A stretch of DNA of 64,000 nt from Candidatus Bathyarchaeota archaeon. Lineage in GTDB: Archaea > Thermoproteota > Bathyarchaeia > Bathyarchaeales > Bathycorpusculaceae. Both the position numbers and the translations under genes were made by a program. This document shows positions 42,419 through 52,406 of this stretch, in pieces (positions within the stretch are counted from its first letter, which is position 1; each line of letters begins with the position of its first letter). A model generated the notes under the pieces. That model searched no databases, was not told where the DNA came from, and saw only the letters and a program-made list of their open reading frames with translations. The stretch is from NCBI GenBank assembly GCA_963782525.1, contig CAWAKC010000003.1:224001-288000 (forward strand). The letters are read 5' to 3'.

Positions 42419-43585
42419 ATGATTCAAAAACTCGTTTTGGATAGTAGCGCAAAGCGCATCGGGTATTTTAGCACTTATCCTCCAAGAGAATGCGGTATTG
42501 CAAACTTCACAAAAGACCTTATCGATGCTATAGGCGACTTAGGTGGCCTTAAGTCGTCTATAATTGCTATAAACGAAAAAGGCGCTCTTTACGATTATGA
42601 TAGGCGAGTCAAATGGAATATTGATCGAGATGATGCCGAAGACTACGTGAAGGCAGCTGAATACGTTAACGCTTCAAATATCCAGCTTTTAGTTGTTCAA
42701 CATGAGTTCGGCCTCTACGGAGGCGACTATGGAGAATACATTAAACTCTTCTTAGATAACGTCAAAATACCAGTCATCACAACCCTTCACACGGTGCAAC
42801 CTAATTTTGACAAAAAAGCGATTGAAGTCCTAAAATACATAGTTGAAAGAAGCGAATCAATTATTGTGATCGCACACGCCGCAATTGATATGCTAAAACG
42901 CCAAGGAATACCTTACAAGAAATGCGCTGTCATTCCACACGGTTGCCCAAGTATTGACTGCACAAACAACAAATCAATCAAAGAATCACTTGGTCTAGAG
43001 GATCGTCTGGTTGCATCCACTTTCGGCCTTATAAGCAGCGGAAAAGGAATTGAATATGCTATTCGCGCTCTCCCCGAGGTTATTAAAAAAGAACCGCGAA
43101 TAATTTATCTCATCATCGGAGAAACTCACCCAGAAGTTAGAAAGCACGAGGGTGAAAAATACCGAAATGAATTAACGAGGCTTGTTAGTGAACTCGGATT
43201 GGAAGAACACGTCAGATTCACAAACAGATTCATTACCAAACGTGAACTAATCAAGTTTCTTCAAGCAACCGACATTTACATAACTCCTTATATTTCACCC
43301 AACCAAATTAGCAGTGGCACCCTTATCTATGCTCTTGGTGCTGGAAAAGCAGTTGTGTCTACTCCATATTATCACGCTATAGAGGTCTTGTCCAACGATA
43401 GAGGGATACTGTGCAAATTTGAGGATTCAGCTTCGATTGCTGAAGGCATAAACAGACTTTTAGACGAAAACTTCCGTAACGAAGTCCAAAGAAGAGCATA
43501 CAAATATAGTCGACGCTTCCTCTGGAAAAACGTAGCGAAAAAATACCTAAATCTCATTAATACAATAACTGAGAAGAACGAGTGA
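42419..43585 (+). CDS. GT4 glycosyltransferase
   Basis: STYPPRECGIA.F, QHEFGLYGG, GETHP, YITPY..Q.SSGTL.YA. Confidence 0.93.
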   Translation: MIQKLVLDSSAKRIGYFSTYPPRECGIANFTKDLIDAIGDLGGLKSSIIAINEKGALYDYDRRVKWNIDRDDAEDYVKAAEYVNASNIQLLVVQHEFGLYGGDYGEYIKLFLDNVKIPVITTLHTVQPNFDKKAIEVLKYIVERSESIIVIAHAAIDMLKRQGIPYKKCAVIPHGCPSIDCTNNKSIKESLGLEDRLVASTFGLISSGKGIEYAIRALPEVIKKEPRIIYLIIGETHPEVRKHEGEKYRNELTRLVSELGLEEHVRFTNRFITKRELIKFLQATDIYITPYISPNQISSGTLIYALGAGKAVVSTPYYHAIEVLSNDRGILCKFEDSASIAEGINRLLDENFRNEVQRRAYKYSRRFLWKNVAKKYLNLINTITEKNE

Positions 43586-43592
43586 GCTCAAG

Positions 43593-44648
43593 TTGCCAAC
43601 TTTTCCAATAAACCTAGATTTTGTAAGAACAATGACTGACGATGTAGGAATGCTCCAGCATTCGAAATATGCAACACCTAACAAAAAAGAAGGATACGCA
43701 ACAGATGACAACGCAAGAGCTCTTATTGCAGCTACAAATTACTTCATGTTGTTTAACGATCTAAGTGTTAAGAAACTGATTGATACTTATCTGAGCTTAT
43801 TGCTCTACATGCAGAGATCTGACGGCAAAATGCACAACTTCCTCAGTTATGATCGTCAGCTTTTAGATGAAATAGGATCTGAGGATTGTATGGGCCGAAC
43901 ACTCTGGGCATGTGGATACTGCTTGAACTCAAAATTGCCTGAAGAAACAAAACATCTCTCCAAAGAGGTTTTTGACAAACTTTTTTGCTGGACTTCCAGC
44001 TTCACATCACCAAGAGCAAAAGCATATTCAATTATGGGATTGTTTCATTACCAGAAAGCCCATCCAGAGGACCAAAATATCAAACTAAATATCATATCAC
44101 TCGCTGATCAATTAAACGGGCAATTTAGACGGGGATCTTCACAGGGATGGGATTGGTTTGAATCCATTCTTACTTACTCCAATCCGCGATTACCACATTC
44201 GCTTTTTTTAGCCTACGAAGCCACAGGAGAAGATAGGTTCTTACAAGTAGCCTCAAAATCCATGAAATTTCTAATAAATACCCAAACAATAAACAAAGTG
44301 TTCGTTCCCATAGGAAATCGCGGTTGGTATAAAAAAGGTTCTGAGCGAGCAATCTACGACCAACAATCTGTTGAAGCAGCATGCACAACAGAAGCAGCAA
44401 TTGCAGCTTTTAGAAACACCAACGAAGAAAGCTATCTCCAAGCAGCCTACAAAGCTTTTGAATGGTTCTTCGGCGGGAACTTAAAAGGTATAACGCTATA
44501 CTGCCCAGAAAACGGGAGCTGCTGCGATGGCATAACACCTGAAGGATTAAATCAAAACAAAGGCGCAGAAGCAACCATATCTTACCTCCAAGCTCGACTA
44601 AACCTCGAAGAATTAAAACAACAGGAGAATCTATTAAGAGCAACATAA
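43593..44648 (+). CDS. (alpha/alpha)6-barrel glycosidase-like partner of GT4
   Basis: TDD.GMLQHS, GYATDDNARAL, SEDC.GR..WA, DQQ..E, NKGAE.T. Confidence 0.85.
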   Translation: MPTFPINLDFVRTMTDDVGMLQHSKYATPNKKEGYATDDNARALIAATNYFMLFNDLSVKKLIDTYLSLLLYMQRSDGKMHNFLSYDRQLLDEIGSEDCMGRTLWACGYCLNSKLPEETKHLSKEVFDKLFCWTSSFTSPRAKAYSIMGLFHYQKAHPEDQNIKLNIISLADQLNGQFRRGSSQGWDWFESILTYSNPRLPHSLFLAYEATGEDRFLQVASKSMKFLINTQTINKVFVPIGNRGWYKKGSERAIYDQQSVEAACTTEAAIAAFRNTNEESYLQAAYKAFEWFFGGNLKGITLYCPENGSCCDGITPEGLNQNKGAEATISYLQARLNLEELKQQENLLRAT

Positions 44649-44748
44649 TAGATCCAAAAGTTTGGTTGACAATTCTTCAAGACAACAACATAATTCTTAT
44701 TTCATTTATTAGCTCGGAAACCTTTCTTAAAGAAGGAGAACAAACTAA

Positions 44749-45123
44749 ATGATGACCCGCGATTTAATGTTAAAAGATGTAGTTACTGCAAATGGAAACG
44801 TTCCTGCTAAAGATGCAATTGAGCTCCTTTTCAAAAGGCACGTTGGGTCAGTAGTGATTATCAATGATGCGGATCAATGTATAGGTATTTTCACTGAACG
44901 AGACGCTATTAGGGTCGTGGCGCAAAATGTTCCTTTGGATGCACCGGTAGAAAAAATCATGACTAAAAACCCTTTTACTGTTAACGAAGATACCATCTTT
45001 CAAGAAGCAAAGAGCATCATCAAATCCGCTAAAATTCGGCATCTTCCAGTGATAGACACAAATGGAAAACTAGTTGGGCTGATATCCGTTAGACATATAT
45101 TAGATGAGATGAGTGGACTCTAA
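44749..45123 (+). CDS. CBS-pair domain protein
   Basis: GIFTERD, IRHLPVID..GKLVGLIS. Confidence 0.9.
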   Translation: MMTRDLMLKDVVTANGNVPAKDAIELLFKRHVGSVVIINDADQCIGIFTERDAIRVVAQNVPLDAPVEKIMTKNPFTVNEDTIFQEAKSIIKSAKIRHLPVIDTNGKLVGLISVRHILDEMSGL

Positions 45124-45159
45124 CTTCAAAACAACGGCACACCCGGAGAAGACACACAA

Positions 45160-46053
45160 ATGAAACGGTACTCGCACAATCCTATACTTGAGCCTATAGG
45201 CGCACATGCTTGGGAATCAAACTTAGTTTTCAATGCTGCAGTCTTTGCCGCAAACAACCGCGTCCACATTCTCTACAGAGCAATGGGCACTGATAATATT
45301 TCACGCATAGGCTTAGCATCTTCTTCTGATGGCTATAACATAGATGAACGGTTACCCCTTCCTGTTTTCAGTCCAGCCAATGACATAGAAAATCAAGGTT
45401 GCGAGGACCCAAGGCTAAGTCTATTTGGCAATTCCCTAATTATGGCATACACCGCATTTGGAAGCCATTTTCAACATCAAGTCTACCAAATTGCCTTAAC
45501 ATCAATAAACACCGAAGATTTTCTAGCAAGAAGGTGGCAATGGGGCGAAAGAATTTTGGCATTCCCAGGAATCCACAATAAAGATGCTGTGCTTTTCCCC
45601 CAGAAGTTCGATGGTGATTATGTAATGTTTCACAGATTGGAACCTGACCTTTGTATCGCGCGCTCTAACGACTTGCGTCGTTGGTATGGGTTAAAATACA
45701 TCTTGGGTCCACGTGAGAAAGGTTGGGATTCTTGGAAAGTGGGAGCTGCAGGACCGCCCATGTTAGTAAATGAGGGTTGGCTTCTAATCTATCATGGAGT
45801 GAGTGTGGACCGAGTTTACTCCCTAGGAGTTGCATTATTGGATAAGAATGACCCCGAGCAAGTTCTCTATCGATCCGAAGAGCCAATACTGACGCCGACT
45901 GAAGATTATGAACGCTATGGAAAAGTTCCTAACGTAGTTTTCAGCTGTGGGCAGGTTATGATGGACGGCCAGCTTCTAATTTACTATGGTGGCGCTGACA
46001 GTGCATTATGCGTAGCTACTGTTGAGCTTTCTGAACTTTTGCCAAAAAAGTAG
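45160..46053 (+). CDS. GH130 glycosidase/mannoside phosphorylase
   Basis: VFNAA, LYRA, GCEDPR, NKDAVLFP, WLLIYHGV, VPNVVFSCG, YYGGAD. Confidence 0.92.
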   Translation: MKRYSHNPILEPIGAHAWESNLVFNAAVFAANNRVHILYRAMGTDNISRIGLASSSDGYNIDERLPLPVFSPANDIENQGCEDPRLSLFGNSLIMAYTAFGSHFQHQVYQIALTSINTEDFLARRWQWGERILAFPGIHNKDAVLFPQKFDGDYVMFHRLEPDLCIARSNDLRRWYGLKYILGPREKGWDSWKVGAAGPPMLVNEGWLLIYHGVSVDRVYSLGVALLDKNDPEQVLYRSEEPILTPTEDYERYGKVPNVVFSCGQVMMDGQLLIYYGGADSALCVATVELSELLPKK

Positions 46054-46492
46054 TGGGTAGCGATCTGTGATTTCACAAATTAGAGTGATAAAATATGATT
46101 CTATTAATGAAATGATAACGTAATTAGAATGGTTCGCCTTATAAGTATACATTCTCGAGGGCGTAATTTTCTGGGCGCTACAATCGGTCGCTAATATAAC
46201 AAACTACGACATCAATAATCCAACTGTTATCATCACTCATCAGCAGTGGAATTAACAATTCACCAAATGATCAATTCATAAAGTAATTATTTAGCGCCCA
46301 ATAATCTTACTGTGCTTTAGGTAAATCGAGTAACCCTCTTTGAGAGCCCTCCTCGCAAGCAAGCTTTTTCTTGTAATATTTTACTCCAAATGGTAAATAA
46401 ATCGTGAATTAAGCTTGTCCGCCCACGCAAAAGGGAATAAAAAAGATAAGACATATATTTAGAACAAATCAACATAAATATAAGTGAATTAT

Positions 46493-46777
46493 ATGATAAA
46501 TTTTGAAGAAATTGTGGGTTTACAGGTAGTAACTTCAGGGGCACACATTATTGGAGAAGTAAAAGGAGTAAAAATTGACACCGCGACTTGGGAAGTAAAG
46601 TATTTGAACGTGAAACTTACTGGTGATGCTGCTGAGAGTCTCGGAATGAAGAAGAGGTTCAGAAGTTCCAGTATATGCCTTCCAATTAGCATGGTTCAAG
46701 CAGTTGCACATGTGGTAACGATATCTAGATCTTTAGAAGAGTTGGAAACCTCTCAAGAGATTACAGAGTGCAAATAG
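46493..46777 (+). CDS. PRC-barrel domain protein
   Basis: GLQVVTSGAHIIGEVKGVKID..W.V. Confidence 0.85.
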   Translation: MINFEEIVGLQVVTSGAHIIGEVKGVKIDTATWEVKYLNVKLTGDAAESLGMKKRFRSSSICLPISMVQAVAHVVTISRSLEELETSQEITECK

Positions 46778-46880
46778 CAGAAAATTACTAAGCTCACAGG
46801 CAGGTTAGCCCCGTATCCTTCGGACGAAGGGAATTTTCTCTTCCCAAGGGAATCTAACATTTCTTCCCTAATCAGAATAA

Positions 46881-47652
46881 GAAACTCGTCTTTGCCAGTA
46901 TCAAGCGGTTCTCGATGAAAAAAATGCATCGACATTGCCACACAATGTATCATCGCAAAAATTAAAGGGCAAAACACAGTTCTCAAAAAGTACAAATTTG
47001 ACACCTCTCGAAACTTGGAAAGTCTTCTTCAAATTGAAAATTTAAAATTTGAAAACTTGAAGCTAACAAGGATAAACTGATGGCTATTGAATCCCATAAT
47101 GCCAAAGACTAGTTCTCCCAAATTTTCAAGTTATTTCCTGAAAAAATCAGACCAGAAACCAGAGAGACATACAACGCCTATGATGGGCTAAACAATGTTT
47201 TCAATTTTGCATATTACATCTTAGAATGTAGAGTACACAAGGCATTATTGAAGGCTAAATTAGAACCCTATCTCGGCTTTCTACATTCGGTTCAACATGG
47301 TAAACCCAGTTTAGTATGTGATTTTCAAGAGCTATCCCGCTATTTGATTGATGATTTCTTGATTGAGCGATGCCAAAAGCTACGCAAGAAAGACTTTGTG
47401 TTTGTGACTGATTTCATGATGCGCTTAAAAATGGGCAAAAAGATTCACCTAAAAGAATATGAGACTGACAGTTTAGCTGAAGATTTGAACGCTTTCTTTG
47501 ATCGTATAGTTGATGTTGAAAGAATAAGGTTGGAAAAAGACAAACTATTGATACGTTGATTAGTGAAGAAGCTCTACTGTTTGTAAAGTACTTGAGACAC
47601 GAAAAAAGACTGGATTCCAAGAATTAGAAAAGACTTTGAGGAATTAAAATGA
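46881..47652 (+). pseudogene. cas1: Decayed solo Cas1 (casposase-like)
   Basis: Across frames: TRLCQYQA..KIKGQNTVLKKY, LMAIE, AYDGLNNVFNFAY, LEPYLGFLH..KPSLVCDFQEL, QTIDTLISEEALLF.KYLR..WIPRI. Stop codon, frameshifts, and no N-terminus. Confidence 0.85.
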
Positions 47653-47831
47653 TAGAACCCAGACCTTTTCTTAAATGGGCTGGCGGTAAAAGGCAATTAT
47701 TAAGTGACCTCAAACGGTCTTCTCCACCAAAGCTTAATGAATATTATGAGCCTTTCTTGGGAAGCGGAGCCCTGTTCTTCAAACTTTCCGCACTTGCCAA
47801 AATAAAATGTACCCGCCTAAAACAATTGTAA
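47649..47831 (+). pseudogene. N-terminal fragment of a Dam-like (D12 class) adenine methyltransferase
   Basis: [25 protein letters not shown]; truncated before DPPY. Confidence 0.85.
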
Positions 47832-48043
47832 CAAATTATTAATAGATACCCAAAAGACTGTAAAGGAAAAACAGCCCATTTGTTCCACTCACCGGTAATC
47901 AGTGCAACCTTATAACCATGAGTTGGAATCTATCTGAAAAACTTCTATTTTAGTCATAAGTCTGACTGCGCTACTCGCGTCGCTCGTCGTGCTTCGCATC
48001 TCCAAAGTCGTAAAACAGAGAATTTATAAAAGAAGATATTAAT

Positions 48044-49219
48044 TCAAACCTTTTTTGGTAACGGAGCACTCTTTCTTTTTGTCGTATATACTTTCTTCAG
48101 TATTGGCATCGCTATGAAGGTAGTCAAAATAACGGCCATTACAGCTACAGAATAGGTTCCCGTCGAAATTAATCCACTTGTTAATCCAAGGCTTGCAATT
48201 ATTAGACCCATTTCACCTCTAGGCGTCATGCTGATACCTATTTTGAGGGATTCTTTAGTCGAGAACTTTGTCATGCGCGCAGCCACAAAACTACCCAAGA
48301 TCTTGCCTATGAAAGCCATAGCCGTGATAACTAACCCTAAGAATGCGGCTTCGCCAAAAACGCTAAGGTTTATCAGAGTTCCTATGGAAATAAAGAATAT
48401 TGGTACGAAGAACATATAGAGACTTTTTGTTTTTTCAAGAACCATCTGAACCTTTACCTGTCTTGTTGATAACGGTAAACCTGCAGCAAACGCCCCAACA
48501 ATTGGCGATAATCCAACTGTTGCAGAGATGTAGGCTGCGAAGAAACCGTATGCTAACACCAAGAGAATCAAATATTCGTCATCAAGTCTGACCTTGTCGA
48601 TGGCTCGAACTATAACCTTTGAGCCTATTAGAACTATCACAGCCCAAAAAATAACCGCTTTAACTATGACAAGCCCTATTTCAAAGGAATTAACTTGACC
48701 AGATAAAATACTTAAAACCACGGAAAGGAGAACAACAGCCACAACATCATCAACAATACCTGCCCCCAGAATCGTCAACCCAGTTGGATTATTTAGTTTA
48801 CCCATGTCTTTTAGCAGTCGAATGGTTATGCCAATGCTCGTTGCTGTAAAAACAACGCCTATGAAAAGTGCTTCATTGTTTGAAATTCCAAAATACAGTG
48901 CAGTATAGTAGCATAGAGCTAAAGGCATTATTGCACCAAGAATCCCTATAGAAAGTGATGGTAAGAGTTGTTTTTTTAGGTCACGCATCTCTGTTTCTAG
49001 ACCAATATAGAACAACAAAATAATGGCACCTAACTCGGCAAAAACGCTTACAATAGCTTGGTTAGAAATTAAATTAAAAATCGACGGTCCAAGGAGAATT
49101 CCAACTAAGAGTTCACCTAAAGCGACAGGATACCCGATCCTCTTTATCAGTAAGCCACCGACTATTGCGGCTACCAATAGTATAGACAACTCAAGCACAA
49201 ACGAGTTTGGATCAGTCAT
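48044..49219 (-). CDS. CPA2 cation:proton antiporter (NapA/Kef-like)
   Basis: GELLVGILLGP, ATSIGIT, GAGIVDD, PIFFISIG, PRGEMGL. Confidence 0.92.
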   Translation of the reverse strand: MTDPNSFVLELSILLVAAIVGGLLIKRIGYPVALGELLVGILLGPSIFNLISNQAIVSVFAELGAIILLFYIGLETEMRDLKKQLLPSLSIGILGAIMPLALCYYTALYFGISNNEALFIGVVFTATSIGITIRLLKDMGKLNNPTGLTILGAGIVDDVVAVVLLSVVLSILSGQVNSFEIGLVIVKAVIFWAVIVLIGSKVIVRAIDKVRLDDEYLILLVLAYGFFAAYISATVGLSPIVGAFAAGLPLSTRQVKVQMVLEKTKSLYMFFVPIFFISIGTLINLSVFGEAAFLGLVITAMAFIGKILGSFVAARMTKFSTKESLKIGISMTPRGEMGLIIASLGLTSGLISTGTYSVAVMAVILTTFIAMPILKKVYTTKRKSAPLPKKV

Positions 49220-49412
49220 TATTACAATATCAAAATTTTGATTATTTAAATCTGAAGTATCGCTGTTACAAATTTATCATAAATAAAACAGCAAGAGAAC
49301 GTTTTGTCTTCTTTTCATTTTACATCATTCAACTTTACTGTAGAGTTGTTGAGCAATTGCTAAAATGGGTTTTTTATACTATAATGTTATAAGTACAGAT
49401 TACTAAAAGTAA

Positions 49413-49598
49413 TTGGGAATGTCTTTGGAGACTTGGGTCTTCGTCGCTATCTTGGTACTGTCTGGTGCCTTATTAATAACCTGCGGCTTGAAAGAAGCAG
49501 AACTCAGTCTTGTGTTTATAGCAGCTGGAACATTTACTGCAAGTATTAGCTCCTTAGCATTTTTCAAGAAATTCAGAAAAGTGATAGAGCTCCTTTAA
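49413..49598 (+). CDS. Small two-TM protein
   Basis: Two hydrophobic helices, basic tail. Confidence 0.5.
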   Translation: MGMSLETWVFVAILVLSGALLITCGLKEAELSLVFIAAGTFTASISSLAFFKKFRKVIELL

Positions 49599-49817
49599 AA
49601 AAGTGTTTTGTTGCGTTGAGTATAATCGATTTGGTCGTAAATGTAACTAACTAGGTTTCTTATCGGTAACTCCTTTGCCCGAAAGTTTACATGGAAAAGA
49701 GATAACCGAAGAACTGACAGAAGAGAAAATTTTAAGTCAACTACATCTCATAATATCTGAAGGTAGAGACTTTTCGTTTAAAAAGCAAGTAGTTCAAGAA
49801 AAAGAAAGATGGAAAAG

Positions 49818-50027
49818 TTATTTGTGTTTTCTTCTACCTTTAATAATAGTTATTACTCCTACGATGAAAAAAAATAGTGATGCCAGAAAAATCGTTTCAT
49901 CAATTTCGGTTTCAAGGACAGTTTGTGGATGAAATGCTACGATTCCTAAAATAAATAAGATAATGCTAATGATTAACAATCTTATGCCCAGAGTTTCAGT
50001 ATTTTTTGACAAGCTGTTATCCACCAT
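49818..50027 (-). CDS. Small two-TM protein
   Basis: Two hydrophobic helices, basic tail. Confidence 0.5.
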   Translation of the reverse strand: MVDNSLSKNTETLGIRLLIISIILFILGIVAFHPQTVLETEIDETIFLASLFFFIVGVITIIKGRRKHK

Positions 50028-50477
50028 ATTTATGTTTTCAAGTGTTCTAAATATTGTTATCTTATCAATAGCAAACATGAAAACCATTTTATTTTTACTC
50101 TGGGCTTGAAAAAGATGTTAATATTGAGCTTCTATGGTTTTTTGGCTTTTGGTTTTAGATATTGGTTGGTGACTACAGACGTTAGGCACGCACGCGGGTG
50201 CGTGGGAGTGTGAGAGTAGTCGTATGCGTTCAAGAGAGAGAAAGATTAAATTTTAATCTTGATTCTCAACTTTGAAGTACTTATCAAAAAAAAGTTCAGA
50301 AGTAACTGAAGTCTGAATATCTGAAAAGCCAAATACTACTATGCATAATCGTGTACACTTGAATGTGAAAAAAAGAAAAGAGCAACCTTTATGCTTCATG
50401 AATGCTAAAGCTTTTTCGTTTTCTTGAAAAATTTGTTTGCGGCTGATTTTAGAGGCGTTGAAAAATTGAAGGCTTTG

Positions 50478-50642
50478 TTAGAGTTTTCTTTTGGCCTTGC
50501 CGACGTCTTCTTGGATTTTTCCTTTAACTTTTTCAGCTTCGCCTTTAATTATTTGACCAGTGTTACCCGTTACTTTGCCAGCTGCTACGCGGGTCTTTCC
50601 TTCTTCTTTTTTGAGTTTACCTTTAACTTCATCTTTACTCAT
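50478..50642 (-). CDS. CsbD-family general stress protein, 54 aa; missed by the ORF track
   Basis: MSKDEVKGKLKKEEGKTRVAAGKVTGNTGQIIKGEAEKVKGKIQEDVGKAKRKL. Confidence 0.88.
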   Translation of the reverse strand: MSKDEVKGKLKKEEGKTRVAAGKVTGNTGQIIKGEAEKVKGKIQEDVGKAKRKL

Positions 50643-50687
50643 AAAATCTCACTAAAGACTGGTGCCTCCGCCATTCTATTAAACATA

Positions 50688-50711
50688 TGTGACTGCTATC
50701 TGGCTCTAACA
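50688..50711. promoter_or_regulatory. Palindrome site upstream of the CsbD gene
   Basis: TGTGACTG-ctatctgg-CTCTAACA; minus-strand TATA tttaatag. Confidence 0.75.
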
Positions 50712-50937
50712 AACAACAAGCCATATACTCTAAGGAAACCTATTTTTTTGTGGGCTGTTCTAAGGTCAATAATTTAATGGAACTACCAAACGAGAAACCC
50801 TGGCGGATAACGTGCACTGATAAATAATTATCTCAAAAGCAGTGGATTACCTAAAAGCTACTTACACAAACGTGATGTCTTTGTTTACAAAAAAATTGGT
50901 AAGCAGCTTATGGCGCTGCTAATACGTCTTTGGTTGA

Positions 50938-51096
50938 TTATATTCTGCGTCCTGAAAGCAGTCGGACAAGTATTATGATTACAGCAATGACAAGCAGTAC
51001 CCATATGATTGTACCAAGGTTGAAGAATACAAAGCCCAAAAGCCAAAGGACAATAAGAATCACAGCAACAACGAAAAGAAAATCAAGCGCTCCCAT
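50938..51096 (-). CDS. lmo0937-family small membrane protein, 52 aa; missed by the ORF track
   Basis: MGALDFLFVVAVILIVLWLLGFVFFNLGTIIWVLLVIAVIIILVRLLSGRRI. Confidence 0.8.
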   Translation of the reverse strand: MGALDFLFVVAVILIVLWLLGFVFFNLGTIIWVLLVIAVIIILVRLLSGRRI

Positions 51097-51143
51097 TTTC
51101 AAAAAACCTTACTTGCCTTAACTCGCCGGACTATTTTAAGATG

Positions 51144-51167
51144 TGTGACTGCCAATAACTAGCAACA
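51144..51167. promoter_or_regulatory. Palindrome site upstream of the lmo0937-like gene
   Basis: TGTGACTG-ccaataac-TAGCAACA; minus-strand TATA cttaaaat. Confidence 0.78.
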
Positions 51168-51199
51168 GCTACCTCAACTTTTTATTTCAATTATACGCT

Positions 51200-51223
51200 T
51201 GTAACGACAGCTTTACAGTCACA
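51200..51223. promoter_or_regulatory. Palindrome site upstream of 51303
   Basis: TGTAACGA-cagcttta-CAGTCACA then cacacttaaat. Confidence 0.65.
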
Positions 51224-51302
51224 CACACTTAAATCAACCAATGACTAGCTGTAAACTTAGTCTTGTGCAATTTTTTAGGTTTTTTAGGAGGTGCAACAAA
51301 TT

Positions 51303-51512
51303 ATGCCAGAACAAAAAATAGACGTCAAAGAACAGATACAGAAGATGGGCGAGAAATGGAGTGAATTCCAGGAGACTTGGGTTTCGCACTTCAAAGACAT
51401 GGAAGTGGATGTATTAGAATGGAACTTTGGTGTGGGGAAAACAGGCGAAGACACCATCTTTGAAATGAAAGCTAAGGTCGCTGTAAGACAAAAAAAAAGT
51501 AGAACTCCTTAA
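51303..51512 (+). CDS. Small hypothetical protein, paralog of 9130-9330
   Basis: FKDMEVDVLEWNFGVGK; GGAGGTG RBS. Confidence 0.8.
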   Translation: MPEQKIDVKEQIQKMGEKWSEFQETWVSHFKDMEVDVLEWNFGVGKTGEDTIFEMKAKVAVRQKKSRTP

Positions 51513-51644
51513 TGCGTTTTGGGGTAAACAAACACCCTATTTCATTAAGACAAGGATTCATTTTTTTGATGTCGTTGGCTTAACCCCTCTTTTATCGGGT
51601 CATTTTAGTAATCTCAATAGCTAAAATCTCTGTTTGGGTACACA

Positions 51645-52148
51645 TTGGTAACTAAAGATATGAAATTAAAAAAAACAAATGATGAAATAGACAAAATAGC
51701 ACAGAGGATTTTGCTAGAGCTTGAATCCGCAAGTTCCACAGATTTATCCGACGCCCGTTATGCAAAAATGATGCTACGTATATCAGACGCCCACTACGCA
51801 AAAGGGGTGCTCCAAAAAATGACCGATTATAAATCTGGAGCTGAAAATGAGTTAGAGAAAAGGGCAATGATCAAGGTTCTGTTGTTTTCTACGTGGTTGC
51901 AACGACTTTATTTTATAATAAGGTCTTTTCTCATGGGGCTCATAAGTGCTGCGGTAACTTATCTTATCATATGGTATCTTGGTTCAATAAATGTTATTGG
52001 AAGCATAGTAATCGGCACTTTTGTGTTTGTATTTTCCTTGGCTGTAACCAGATTATTTGATACTCAAATAACGCAAGCTACAAAAAAGATAGTGGAACTC
52101 ATGACTAGTCATAGAGGCATTAGGGATTTTATAATGAAACACTTCTAA
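51645..52148 (+). CDS. Hypothetical two-TM membrane protein
   Basis: 167-aa ORF. Confidence 0.7.
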   Translation: MVTKDMKLKKTNDEIDKIAQRILLELESASSTDLSDARYAKMMLRISDAHYAKGVLQKMTDYKSGAENELEKRAMIKVLLFSTWLQRLYFIIRSFLMGLISAAVTYLIIWYLGSINVIGSIVIGTFVFVFSLAVTRLFDTQITQATKKIVELMTSHRGIRDFIMKHF

Positions 52149-52186
52149 TACAAAAGTTTGATAGCCAAATCATGTTATCGCCATCT

Positions 52187-52210
52187 TGTTGTTGCATGTT
52201 AACAGTCACA
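52187..52210. promoter_or_regulatory. Palindrome site (16/16)
   Basis: TGTTGTTG-catgttaa-CAGTCACA then catgtttaat; upstream of a possible 39-aa ORF (52280-52399) and the GT2 gene. Confidence 0.8.
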
Positions 52211-52406
52211 CATGTTTAATTCCCCTACTAACCATAATTAAAGTTAAGTTGCTTGATAAGCTTGAAGAGAGGATACGTTGTGAACACTATATGGGCCATT
52301 ATTTCGCGCTGGAAGGAAAGTTTGGAAATAATCACAATTCCCTTCTTTGTTGTTTTATCAAATCAAAAGAAAGTTAGATTAGAAAATGTATTGAGATGAA
52401 AGTAAG

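Noticed and set aside
36807-46089. Shared 13-mer aaattagagtgat at ~36807 and ~46077
   Set aside because: AT-rich, with no extension; compatible with chance.
50187-50204. Hairpin cacgcac-gcgg-gtgcgtg
   Set aside because: Single occurrence with no supporting context.
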